Below, in pieces: positions 26,378 through 38,983 of a DNA stretch of 64,000 nucleotides. The notes beneath the pieces were generated by a model that saw only the letters and a list, made by a program, of their open reading frames with translations, was not told where the DNA came from and made no database searches. The position numbers were made by a program, and so were the translations under genes. Within the stretch, counting starts at the first letter, position 1. Each line of letters opens with the position of its first letter. This DNA comes from Octopus sinensis (taxonomy: Eukaryota): contig NC_043022.1 in assembly GCF_006345805.1 (NCBI RefSeq), positions 4,464,001 through 4,528,000 on the forward strand, read 5' to 3'.

Positions 26378-26894
26378 TAATAGTAAGGGTTTTTGAAACA
26401 ATTTGCTTAAACCACGTACCGAAAATATTAGAAATATTAGAATATTCTAATATTTTCGGTACGTGGTTTAAGCAACTTTTTGCAAAAAACCCTTACTATT
26501 ATAATTATATAAACTTTTACTGAATAAGGTCCTTTTCCATACCGAAATACTACTAGGTAAAATTTGTTGATTTTATTAAATTAATTATATTTCACCCTAT
26601 ATCTGTATTGACTATATATATATATATAAAAGAGACTTTTTTCAGTTTCAGTCGACAAAATTCACTCACAAGGCTTTGGTCAGCCTGGGGCTTTAGTAGA
26701 AGACACTTGCCCAAGGTGTCACGCAGTGGGACTGAACCTGGACCCTCGTAGTTAGGAAGCAAGCTTCTTACCCTATAGCCATGCTTACTTGTATGTGTGA
26801 TTTCATGTATGTGAAGTCATATCTCACACATCATGTCTAAAATTCTGTGTGTGTGTGTGTATGTGTTTGTGTGTGTATAAAAAATATATATATA

Positions 26895-27085
26895 TAACGG
26901 GAAAGTTTACGAAAATAAACAAAAGACGAAGGCAGGTGGAGTACAAACAAACAAATGTATTAGTATAGCGCTCAGGAATAGAAATAGAAAAAGTCTTTTA
27001 CATTTCGAGCCTACGCTCTTCTACAGAAAGATACACAGAAAAAAAACAAGGAGAGAAAAAATGCGTGTAGGAGCTAACGATCTAT
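26895..27085 (-). mobile_element. About 190-bp (TA)n-embedded element, family H2
   Basis: Similar copy at 56822-57003; shares gctcaggaa and the hammerhead-like motif with H1. Confidence 0.6.
26994..27031 (-). ncRNA. Minimal hammerhead-ribozyme-like motif (variant core)
   Basis: UCUUU-CUGUAGA-A-GAGC(GUAG)GCUC-GAAAU-GUA-AAAGA. Confidence 0.4.
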
Positions 27086-27253
27086 CACACACACATACAC
27101 ACACTGATTGACTTTCTATCTAAAGTGCAATCACAGCGAGAGCCAGCTGAAAAGGAATCTTCTGTATTTCTTTTTGTTGTCCACTTTGTGACCCGGGGGG
27201 GGGGGGGGGAGAGACCCTGCTGTCTGTCATCTTTTTTGAAGTTGTAATTACAG

Positions 27254-27289
<36 letters not shown>

Positions 27290-27582
27290 AAAATGTGTCA
27301 TTTAATTGCTAGTTAGTTAAACCTAAATGAATGTACATTATTACATCATCATCATCATAATGTGTGTCAGCACAGAGACCTTTATGATGTCAGTGCAAGC
27401 TACCGGAACTAATTAGTGTGCATCATCATCATCATCACCAACATCATTGTTTTGATGTCCACTTCTCCATGTTTGCATGGGTCGCAGATGTGACATTGTA
27501 GGGTAGGTGTGAGAGGTTGAATCTGGTCAATCCGAACATAAAAAAAGGGCAAATATTTTGGCCAGATATGGTTGGTTTAAAT

Positions 27583-27932
27583 CGGCAGTTCTCAAATGGA
27601 AGTCCATGTAAGGTATTGGGGGGCCCAAAAAAGGGTCCATAGAAGATTTGGGGGGTGGGTGCATACAACAAAATAGTAAATTGGGGATCTACAATAATAT
27701 TCTAAGGGTCCTTGAAAATTTTTTTTTAGACGTATGTGTAGCATAAAAAAGGTTTCTTTCCCCAACATTTTACATAGTTCAACTTACACAAGCTAATGTA
27801 TGAAAAACTAAATAGGAATTTTGAAAGGAGTTTCTATAAAACTAGGTTTTAAATACCAATGGCTATGGGGGTCCATGAGAATAAAATAGTAATCAAAGGG
27901 GTCCATAGATGAAAAATGGTTGGAAAGCCCTG
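27583..27932. mobile_element. hAT-type MITE with 8-bp TSD, nested in a TTAA-type MITE (about 27495-27953)
   Basis: gtttaaat at 27575-27582 and 27933-27940; degenerate C(A/G)G-starting TIRs. Confidence 0.75.
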
Positions 27933-28908
27933 GTTTAAATGCTAAAGGATTAAAGGCAAGATACACTCTTAAATCACATCCTCATCATTTAACATATGCT
28001 GGCATGGGTTGGACACTTCGACATGGAGCTGACCAGACTCCAGTTGTCTAGGGCTGTGGAGTCGGAGACATTTGAGGGTTACCTGGAGTCAGAGTCAGTA
28101 AAACTATACCGACTCCGACTCACAATATCTTTATTCTTTGATATAAACCATTTATAACATATAGGCCTACTCAGAGTACCAGCAAATGCATGTGCTTTAT
28201 GAGATATGTAGACCACAATCACTTGATTACATAAAGAGGAGTCAGAGGTGCCAATAGTAGAAGAGTCAGAGTCGTTTTTTGTTTTGACACCATCCACAGC
28301 CCTGGTTTCCACAGCTGGATGCCCTTCCTAACACCAACCACTTAGAGTGTGCTGGGTGGTTTTTACATGCCACCAGTGCAGGTACGCTTGCACAGCACCA
28401 GCACAGGTGCATTTATGCAGCACTGGCACAGGTGCCTTTTTAAGTGGCACCTGACAGGACAAGCTTCTATGTCTGGAAGGCAGTGATTTTACTTAGCTTG
28501 ACACATTAAGTACAGCAAATCACCACATCTCCCGGTCCCTTGTCATTTTCTCAGTGAGGCCCAGCATCCAAAGACCCTATTTTCTGAGTTTGCTGAAGCA
28601 GATTTTTCTATGGCTGGAAGCCCTTCCTGTCACCAACCCTCACTCATTTCCAAGCGAAATAAGATTTTCCCCCATGACCAGACAGGTTTTCATGAAGGAT
28701 TAAAAATGAATGACACTGCTTGTACAACAGTGACATTCATTTACGACCACCACATGTTGGAGACACACACACACCTCATCACCATTATCATCATAAAACG
28801 TCCAGGATTTGGATGATTCGACAGGATCCAATATATCCAAAGACTGCATTGAGCTCCAATGTCTCTTCTGACATGGTTTTTACAGCTGAAAATTAATGTG
28901 TTTGTAGT

Positions 28909-29288
28909 GGAGGCGAAATGGCCCAGGGGTTAGGGCAGCGGACTCGCAGGCATAGGATCGCAGTTTCGATTCCCAGACCAGGCATAGTGAGTGTTTATTG
29001 AGCAAAAACGCCTAAAGCTCCACAAGGCTCTGGCGGATGGGGGGAGGGAGACCCTGCTGTACTCTTTCACCACAACTTTCTCTCACTTTTTCTTCCTGTT
29101 TCTGTTGTACTTTATTACAAAGGGCCAGCCTTGTCACACACTGTGGCATGCTGAATCTCCCCCGAGAACTACGTTAAGGGTACACGTATCTGTGGAGTGC
29201 TCAACTGCTTACACTTTAATTTCACAAGCAGGCTGTTCCGTTGATCAAATCAACTGGAACCCTCGTTGTCATGCCCGACAGAGAGCCA
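28909..29288 (+). mobile_element. tRNA-derived SINE family S2, long 3' variant
   Basis: A-box tggcccaggggttagg, B-box gtttcgattccc, body shared with 60319-60703. Confidence 0.85.
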
Positions 29289-29290
29289 CG

Positions 29291-29365
<75 letters not shown>

Positions 29366-29382
29366 ATGTGTGTGTGTGTTAA

Positions 29383-29705
29383 GGCATATGGCTCAGTGGT
29401 TAGAGTGTCAGGTTCACAATCATAAGATAGTGAGTTCAATTCCCAGAGTGGGCGTGTGTTGTATCCTGGAGCAAAATGCTTTATTTCACATTGTTCCAGT
29501 TCACTCAGCTGTAGAAACGAATTGCAATGTCTCAAAGACAAAGCAGAATTGGCTCCATTGCCTTTCCCTTGGACAACATTGGTGGCATGGAGAGGAGAAT
29601 CTGGTATGCACGGGGCAACTGTTGGTCTTCCACAAATAGCCCTGCCCGGAGTTGTGCCTCAAAGGGGAACTTTCTAGGTGAAATCCCATGATCGTTCATG
29701 ACCAA
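29383..29705 (+). mobile_element. Fourth tRNA-derived SINE family (S4)
   Basis: A-box tggctcagtggttag, B-box gagttcaattccc, A-rich end. Related minus-strand fragments at about 36190-36320 and 49500-49670. Confidence 0.65.
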
Positions 29706-31394
29706 AAAAAAAGTGGGGAGGTCTTTATTTATGTGTGTGTGTGTTTTAAAATCAATCCAAAGGGTTAGTCTGTACCTTTGTAAAGTACAAATTTATTATT
29801 CTTAAACAAGAATGTTGTTATGTTGTTGGCAGTGACCTCAAAGTTTTCAGCAGTTAAGCCATCATTTGACAATGGCTTCGCTGGCCAAAACTTTGAAGTC
29901 CTTGTCAACAGCATTCTTGTTTAAGAATAATATATGTGTGTATGTATAATGGTGATGAGGTGTGTGTGTGTGTGTGTCTCCAACATGTGGTGGTCGTAAA
30001 TGAATGTCACTGTTGTACAAGCAGTGTCATTCTTTTTTAATCTTTCATGAAAACCTGTCTGGTCATGGGGGAAAATCTTATTTTGCTTGGAAATGAGTGA
30101 GGGTTGGTGACAGGAAGGGCTTCCAGCCATAGAAAAATCTGCTTCAGCATGCACACACACACACACATACATATTAACACTTAAAAACTGGTGTTGGTTT
30201 GTTTATATCCCGTAACCTAGCTGTTCGGTAAAAGAGACCAATAGGATAGGTACCAGCCTTAACAGAAATAAAAACAAAAAACAAGCACAAAAAACAAGAT
30301 GTTGATTCATTTGACTAAAAGTCCTTCAAGGTGGCGCCCCAGCATGGGCGCAGTCTAATGACTGAAACAAAAGGTAAAAAAAAAATAATTAATAAATAAA
30401 CAAATAAAAAATGACCACTGGCTGGTAAGCAGCCAAAAAGCCCATAAATCCGCTGCCAATTCTTCACACCCAATATCCTACACTTGGTGGCGCTGGTAAC
30501 GAGAGGGCGAGAATATGGAGAGGGGGGAGAGGTTGGTCGAAAGCGTAGTGGTGTTTCGTAAGTAAAGGGAAGTAACAACTATTTGCACTTTCCTCATTGA
30601 TTGGCAGAGTTGTTGGCTAAATGAAATATTTAATAAATGCCATTCGGTCACTAATAAATTAATTTAGTGAATGGCGTGAGGAGTTGAAAGGCGACAAATG
30701 AAAGCCTCGTCCATAATGTATGAATCAAGGTTATTTCTTACTGGTGTGACTGGAGATGAGCCAAGCTAAAGCAGTTTTAAATAGATGTTGCTGTTGTTGT
30801 TATTGTTGTTGTTGGTGGCGGTGGTGGTGGTGGTGTGTAGAGGAAGGGGTCAGTTCTATTAATATTGCACTTACATTATATATATATATGGGTGGTGGTG
30901 GTGGTGGTGGCGGTGGTGCTTTGTAGTTTAGACACAGACTCCTGGTGGCTGGGTGTAGGAGTGAGTGTGAGTGTGTGTGGGGGGGTCAGACTCCTGGTGG
31001 AGGTGTGTGTAGGGAGGCGGGGCAGACATTTGGTGGGTGTATATGTGTGTGGGGAGGGCAGGCTCTTCGTGGGCGTATACACGTGTGTGTCTGCATGTGT
31101 TTGTGTGAGTGTAGAGGGCAGGCTTGTAGTGGGTGTATGTGTGTGTGTGTGTGTGTATGTGCATATAAAGGTATATTCCCAGTGGGTCTATGTGTGAATG
31201 GAGTAGACTCTTCAGGTGTATGTGTGTGTGTATGGAATAATCTGTTTGGGAAGACACCTAATGTGTGTGTGTGTGTGCGCGCGCGCGCATGGGATAGAAT
31301 CTTGGATGTGTGTATGAGGGAGACTCCGAGTGAGTATGGATGTGTATGGGGGTAGACTCCAAGGGGTTGTGTAAGTGTACAGGATAAACAAACA

Positions 31395-31740
31395 AAAAGG
31401 AGGGGAAGAAGAGCAAGACAAGAGGGGGAGGAGGAAGAGCAAGACAAAGGGAGGAGGAAGAGCAAGACAAGAGGAGGAAGAAGAGCAAGACAAGAGGAGG
31501 AAGAAGAGCAAGACAAGGGGAGGAAGAAGAGCAAGACAAAGGGGGAGGAAGAGCAAAACAAAGGGGGAGGAAGAAGAGCAAGAGGAGGAGGAAGAGCAAG
31601 ACAAAGGGAGGAAGAAGAGCAAGACAAAGGGTGAGGAAGAGCAAGACAAGAGGAGGAGGAAGAGCAAGACAAAAAGGACGATGAGGAGGAAGAGCAAGAC
31701 AAAGGGGGGAGGAGGAGAAAGAGCAAGACAAAAGGAGGGG
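31395..31740. repeat. Purine-rich minisatellite (about 24-bp aagagcaagacaaaggggagg-like unit)
   Basis: aagagcaagacaa recurs more than ten times. Confidence 0.9.
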
Positions 31741-32160
31741 GAGGGCAAATGGAATATGTATGTAAAGAAAGAAACAAAGCCTAATTAGAATGGCAAATAT
31801 TAAATAGATTTGATGAAAATAACATTAATTATAAGGCAAAAATAAAAGGAAAACAAAAAGGAATGTGTTTTTAAACAGTTGACAGGAAATATATGAAATA
31901 AAGTCAAACAAAAAAACAAAAAATAGTAATTTAAGACACGAGTGAAATTCTTTCCAAAATATTTCAAAACGAGCAGAGTTCATTGGAATGTGAATCACAA
32001 CTTTTTAGCAGTTTAGCTTCCTTTTTTTTGTTGAAATATTTCTGCTTTGTTTGACGAGAGGAGGTTTTATGCGCATCGGTTTGGTATAATTTTCTGAGTG
32101 ATAATCTAGAAATTGGAAATGACCAGAGCTAACACCACGGAAAAGATAATAAATAAACAT

Positions 32161-32925
32161 GAGTGGCTGTGTGGTAAGTAGCTTGCTAACCAACCACATG
32201 GTTCCGGGTTCAGCCCCACTGCGTGGAACCTTGGGCAAGTGTCTTCTACTATAGCCCCGGGCCGACCAATGCCTTGTGAGTGGATTTGGTAGACGGAAAC
32301 TGAAAGAAGCCTGTCGTATATATGTATATATATGTGTTTGTGTGTCTGTGTTTGTCCTCCTAGCATTGCTTGACAACCGATGCTGGTGTGTTTACGTCCC
32401 CGTCACTTAGCGGTTCGGCAAAAGACACCAATAGAATAAGTACTGGGCTTACAAAGAATAAGTCCTGGGGTTGATTTGCTCGACTAAAGGCAGTGCTCCA
32501 GCATGGCCGCAGTCAAATGACTGAAACAAGTAAAAGAGGAAGGGAAAAGAAAATATAATGAAAGGCGCAGGAGTGGCTGTGTGATAGGTAGCTTGTTTAC
32601 CAACCACATGGTTCTTGGTTCAGTCTCACTACATGGCACCTTGGGCAAGTGTCTTCTATTATAGCCTCAGGCCGACCAAAACCTTGTGAGTGGATTTGGA
32701 AGATGGATATTGAAAGAAGCCTATTGTGTGTGTTTGTCCCCCACCAACGCTTGACAACCAATGTTGGTGTGTTTATGTCCCCATAACTTAGTGATTCAGC
32801 AAAAGAGACCGATAGAATAAGTACTAGGCTTACAAAAAATAAGTCCTGGGGTTAAATTGTTCGACTAAAGACAGTGCTCCAGCATGGCCACAGTCAAATG
32901 ACTGAAACAAGGAAAAGGAAAAAGA
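32161..32925 (+). mobile_element. Two tandem SINE S1 copies (32161-32538 and 32563-32925)
   Basis: Two heads and two tails. Confidence 0.9.
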
Positions 32926-33284
32926 CGTCAAATAGGTGAAGGTGTGTTAAGATGTTTGCTTTCTAACCATGTGGTCTTGGGTGTCTTTTATTATAGCCCT
33001 GGGCCAACCAGCCTTGTGAGTAGATTTGGGAGATGGAAACTGAAAAAAGCCCATCAAGTGTGTGTGTGTATATATACACACATACGTGTATATATACACA
33101 TGTTTATACACATACACATACATATGTATATACATACCTCATATGTATATACATATACATACTTTTCTTTATAGAAGCAAATCTGACTTACAGTTGTTTC
33201 CAGTAGTCATTATAGGTTCGTTACTGAGAGATTTTCTCAATCAGCCTAGAAAATTATTGCTACTTTTGTCACAGTCATTTCTGG

Positions 33285-33329
<45 letters not shown>

Positions 33330-33446
33330 TACATACAAGCAAGTTAAAAAAACATTAAATGCACAGACGAATAGAAAACAGACACAGAGGGTCCCCAACT
33401 CTTTCATCAGTTATCAGCCAGAGGGTCACACACAATTTTGTGCCTT

Positions 33447-33812
33447 TATCATCATCATCATCGTTTAGCGTCCGCTTTCCATGCTAGCATGGGTTGGACG
33501 GTTCAACTGGGGTCTGGGAAGCCAGAAGGCTGCACCAGGCCCAGTCTGATGTGGCAATGTTTCTACGGCTGGATGCCCTTCCTAACGCCAACCACTCCAT
33601 GAGTGTAGTGGGTGCTTTTTATGTGCCACCAGCAAGGGGCCAGACGAGGCTGGCAACTGCTACGATCGGATGGTGCTTTTTATGTGCCACCGGCACGGAG
33701 GCCCGTCGGGGCGGCGCTGGCAACGGTCACGTTTGGATGGTTCGCTTACGTGCCACCGGCACTGGTATCACAGCTACAATTTCCATTGATGTTGATCGAT
33801 TTCGATTTTGAT
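33447..33812 (-). mobile_element. RTE-tailed element, same family
   Basis: Highly similar to 16378-16790. Confidence 0.75.
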
Positions 33813-34120
33813 TATATATATATATATAGATCAAATTTACTGAAAATAAAACACAAAGACAGGTGTAGGAACATACACGTGTGTGTATCTTTGTATTCGT
33901 GTCACATTTATCCGTAACCACCATTCAACAACCAGTGATGGTTTGTCTATGCCACTATAACTTAGCGGTTCAGCAAAGGAGACCGACAGATTAAGTACCA
34001 GGCTCTGAAAAGAGTAAAGTACCGCAGTCAGTTCATTCAACTAAAACTCTTAAAGGCAGTGCCCCAGCATGGTCGCAGTCTAGTGACTGAAACAAGCAAA
34101 AGCTTAAAAAAATATATATA

Positions 34121-34534
34121 GGCGCAGGAGTGGCTGTGTGGTAAGTAGCTTCCTAACCAACCACATGGTTCCAGGTTCAGTCCCACTGCGTGGCACCTTG
34201 GGCAAGTGTCTTCTGCTATAGCCCCGGGCAAACCAATGCCTTGTGAGTGGATTTGGTAGACGGAAACTGAAAGAAGCCCGTCGTATATACGCATATATAT
34301 ATATATATGTGTGTGTATATGTTTGTGTGTCTGTGTTTGTCCCCCTAGCATTGCTTGACAACCGATGCTGGTGTGTTTACGTCCCCGTCACTTAGCGGTT
34401 TGGCAAAAGAGACCGATAGAATAAGTACTGGGTTTACAAAGAATAAGTCCCTGGGTCGATTTGCTCGACTGAAAAAAGGCGGTGCTCCAGCATGGCCACA
34501 GTCAAATGACTGAAACAAGTAAAAGAGTAAAAGA

Positions 34535-34535
<1 letters not shown>
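34121..34535 (+). mobile_element. SINE S1, full length, preceded by an older 3' half (about 33870-34105)
   Basis: Near-consensus head, body and tail. Confidence 0.9.
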
Positions 34536-34577
<42 letters not shown>

Positions 34578-35425
34578 AAAAGGTAAAAATCTAGAAATTG
34601 GAAATTTCCAAGCTAACACAAGCGAAAAAATAAATAAATAAACAGAGAACAAAAAAAAAAAAAATCAGAAAACATCAACAACAACAAAAAAAAATGAAGC
34701 AAGCAAAAAAAAAAAAAATTTATTGGGCCAAACATAGCAGATGGAAAGAAAAAAAGCAAAAAAAAACTGTAAAAGACAAAAACAAAAACAAATCCAGCAA
34801 CATTTGCAGAATATTCTCTGTAAAAGATGGGGAGGAATTTTCAGTAGATGCGAGAAACAAGATGATGGACAATGTCAGCTTGCTAGTTGCATTGATGAAG
34901 CTATATTAATTTCTTTAAATCAATCGGTTTTGAAAAGAAACTGCTTTAACGAAAACATCGATCAATATGTTAGAGTGAATCCCAGAAAACGGTTGTGTGC
35001 CAGAATGCTGCCAGGTATATAAATATAAAACTACTCGGTTGCTTGTTCTTGTTGTTGTTGTATTTGTTGTTGTTCTTTTTTTTTCTTCTTAAGATGGAGA
35101 AAAAATTCTTAGAAGAGAGAAAAGACGGGGGCGGCGGCGGCAGAAAAAAAAAATAGCTCAATAATGGAATGGCAGCAATCCGAAAAGAAATTTTTTTTTA
35201 AATCAATAAGTACTCCCTAAAGAGTTCATAATATGAACACCCGATACTGAGTAGGAGGGGGGCACTTCTGGGGACTATTCTTGATAGAGAGAAAAGAAAT
35301 ATAGACACACACACACACATACATACATATATATATATGTGTATATATATGTATATGTATATATTTTGTTTTGGGATTTGGTTTGCAAGATTCTTCATGT
35401 GAGTTCATGCGTTAAAGCATATTCC

Positions 35426-35638
35426 GTTGTGTCTGGGGAGAGTCATTCTCTTTTGGTGCCTTATCATTTAACACACACACCGGTAAAGTTTCCACTCATT
35501 TACTTGTTTTTCTAAAATTTTCCTTGCAAGACCCAATGGAAATTATAGAAAAATAAATAAGTAAATGAGTGGAAACTTTACCTGTGAGTGTGTTAAATAA
35601 TAAGGCACTAAAAGAGAATGACTCTCCCCAGACACAAC
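35426..35638. repeat. Fold-back palindrome (arms about 95 bp)
   Basis: gttgtgtctggggagagtcattctc mirrored by gagaatgactctccccagacacaac. Confidence 0.9.
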
Positions 35639-35649
35639 ACAATATATCC

Positions 35650-36090
35650 TCATCATCATCGTTTAGCGTCCGTTTTCCATGCTAGCATGGGTTGGACGGT
35701 TCTACTGGGGTCTGTGAAGCCAGAAGGCTTCATCAGGCCCAGTCAAATCTGGCAGTGTTTCTACGGCTGGATGCCCTTCCTAACGCCAACCACTCCGAGA
35801 GTGTAGTGGCTGCTTTTTACATGCCACCCGCACAGGTGCCAGACAGAGCTGGCAAACGGCCACGAACGGATGGTGCTTTTTATGTGCCACCGGCACGAGG
35901 GCCAGGCGAGGCTGGCAACGGACACGAAACGGGGCGGTGCTGGCAACGGTCGCGAAACGGAAGGTTCTCTTACATGCCACCGGCACTGGTAACACATCTG
36001 CAATTTCCATTGATCGATTTCGATTCTGATCCTCACTTGCCTCAACGGGTCTTCACAAGTAGAGTTTCGACATGCCACCGGCACTGGTAA
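35650..36090 (-). mobile_element. RTE-tailed element, same family
   Basis: Same tail and internal repeats, plus a longer 5' part. Confidence 0.75.
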
Positions 36091-36856
36091 AAACAACCAG
36101 AGTCAAGTAGATGTACCCAGTGAATGTTTTAGATTGGTGCTCAGTGAAAATCCGAAATTAGTGGATCTCAACTGGAGTCAAATCATTTTCACCAGGTGAG
36201 TGGACTGGAGCAAAGTGAAGTAAAGTGTCTTGCTCAAGGACACAACACGCCACAGGGAATCGAACTCACAACCTTACAATTGGGAGCTAGATAACATAAT
36301 CACTAAGTCATGTGCGTTCACCTGGAAAATATGTGAAAACCTAGTAGCAGACATTGTTTGTTTCATGGGACGGAAAGGAAAGAAATTGAGTTTTTCAGTC
36401 CAAGACTTCCCATCCATACCATAACAAAAAAAAAGAAAAGAACCACCCCTCCCCTCAAAATCAAAAGGTTTGTCTGGTTAGTCTCTGATATTCACCTTCA
36501 ATCAAAGAATCAAAGAATCAATGAATAGTATTTTTGTGTATTCTTTGTATATTCTTTGTAATTTCGGTTGTGTTTCACTTTGTTCTTTGGCCGATTTCTC
36601 TTTTGAGATCGATGCCTAAGAAACATCTGCCAGAAGATGAAATGGAGACAGCAATAAATAAAACCAAAGAATTTTTCTTCCTTACCAAAAAATGACAAAA
36701 AAGGAAAATCAGGAAAGCTTCATTAAAAGATATTGTAGGGAATCTCATCAATCTATATATATATGTAGGTATGTATGTATGTATGTATGTATGTATATAT
36801 TACGTAGATGTACTTGCATAGCAAGTGACCTGATTTGAGATCGTGTGCTGGAACGA

Positions 36857-37148
36857 AAACAATTGCAGCGTGGAAGGTGTTTATAAACCATTTAAGAAAC
36901 ACACAAAAACCGTTAGATTCACTTCAACATTTAAATTTAATTTGCCAAAATATTTTCGTTGCTTTGAGACCGTGACCTGTTCACTGACACAATTCTGTGC
37001 TGCATCATGGAATTTTGTCAGTGAACAGGTCACGGTCGCAAAGCGATGAAAATATTTTGACAAATTAAATTTAAATGTTGAAGTGAATCTAACGGTTTTT
37101 GTGTGTTTCTTAAATGGCTTATAAACACCTTCCACGCTGCAATTGTTT
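36857..37148. repeat. Near-perfect fold-back palindrome (arms about 135-140 bp)
   Basis: aaacaattgcagcgtggaaggtgtttata...ttcactgac mirrored by gtcagtgaa...tataaacaccttccacgctgcaattgttt. Confidence 0.9.
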
Positions 37149-38250
37149 ATATATATTGATTAAACCTCACTAAGTTAAATATTTCAATCACCTGAAGAAT
37201 GACTGTAACTTGAATTTTTACGAATTGGACAGCCATGAAACGATCGTAGTGTTATACTAATTACTTTTTCATAATTTTGATATATATTTAAATATAAATT
37301 AATTAATTTATGTATTGGCTTAAGTTTTCATTGTATGATTTGCCTAATAGTGTTTATCTTAATTTAATTTAACTATATATATATCTTATCTTTTACTTGT
37401 TCAGTCACTACATTGTGGCCATGTGGGGCACCACTTGAAGAATTTAGTTCACTGAATCGACCCCAGGACTTATAAAAGCCTGGTATGTATTCTATCAGGC
37501 TCTTTTCCAAACCGCTAAGTTATGAGAATGTAAACCCACCAACAATGGTTGTCAAGTGATGGAGATAGGCAAACATATCCACACACACAACCACAGGCTT
37601 CTTTCAGTTTGCATGTACCAAATCCACTCACAAGGCCTTGGTCAGCCCAAGGATATAGACGTGTTTGCTTTTATGTTCAGTTATAATAAAAACAATTTTA
37701 AATTACTCGATGCTTGTGGAGTACAAGTTTGTTATTCTTGTACAAGACTGTTGTTGACAGTGACTTCGAAGTATCGGCCAGCTAAGCCATCATACAACTG
37801 CAGTCCAACAATCACTTAGCTGGCCGAAACTTCAAAGTCAATGCCAATAATATTTTTGCTCAAAAACAAAAACATATATATATATACACACACACACACA
37901 TAGGGTGTGATGGGTAAATTGTTGCCATTTTATATTTTTAATTTCGCACATCCGCATTGTTTGTTTTTGATTTTGTCAACTACACAGTATAGAAGGGTCA
38001 GTTGGGCACAGTCTGTGAGAAAAACAGCCACCATAACACCATTCACTCTGCCAGAAATTCAGAAATTACATGCTCTATGCCTGGCATTCACACATCTGTG
38101 CGTATCATGTATAAATATATATATTTATACATAGTACACACAGTACATAACATTACACACACAAATATATGTGTGTGTGTATGTATATTATAAATATATA
38201 TATTAATATATATATATATATATAGATCTAAATAAAGAAACATATGTATG

Positions 38251-38282
<32 letters not shown>

Positions 38283-38351
38283 AATTTAAGACCATAGCGG
38301 ATCTATTTCTAGCATAAAGGTGTCCACATAGTGGTTTCCCTCTAATATGCA

Positions 38352-38469
<118 letters not shown>

Positions 38470-38931
38470 CATACATAGAGAGAGAGAGATACAGAGACAG
38501 AGGGAGACCAGACAGACAGAGAGAGAGACAGGGATACATTACATATGTGTGTGTGTGTTACTATAATATATACATATGTATGCATGTAACAACATCCCAA
38601 CTGGGTCTGAAAAGGAATCGGTAAATCTAATTTACTCCTATGGTTCCACAATTGGAAATGGCATGTAAAGAATATGGTGCTGCAATTGAACAGCTCCAGA
38701 GGGATTTCTAGCAAAACCCTCATCATTGCTTTTTCTTCTTCAGTTTTTTTCCCCCTATTTTTTTAGGTTCTATTAAACATTTATCTATTATCTCTTTAGC
38801 AGGTTTCAATCTACCCATTTGTCTGTCAGTCTCTCCATCCACCATTTTATCAATCAGACACCATATTACTTTCAAATCCGACTTTCAGCCTCATCTTTTC
38901 TCATATAGTTCTTTATTTACCTCACAAATTG

Positions 38932-38969
<38 letters not shown>

Positions 38970-38983
38970 TGTGGTGTGTGTGT

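Noticed and set aside
28909-28985. tRNA gene candidates at SINE heads
   Set aside because: A and B boxes are present, but they run straight into SINE bodies without a complete cloverleaf or terminator.
30986-31788. Lys/Glu/Arg-rich and Leu/Ser-rich ORFs
   Set aside because: Products of a purine-rich ~24-bp minisatellite, with no splice signals or domain similarity.
34845-35014. Plus-strand exon-like segment (ttttcag|...ccag|gtatat)
   Set aside because: Weak donor, no recognisable protein similarity and no partner exons; it may simply be unique intronic DNA.
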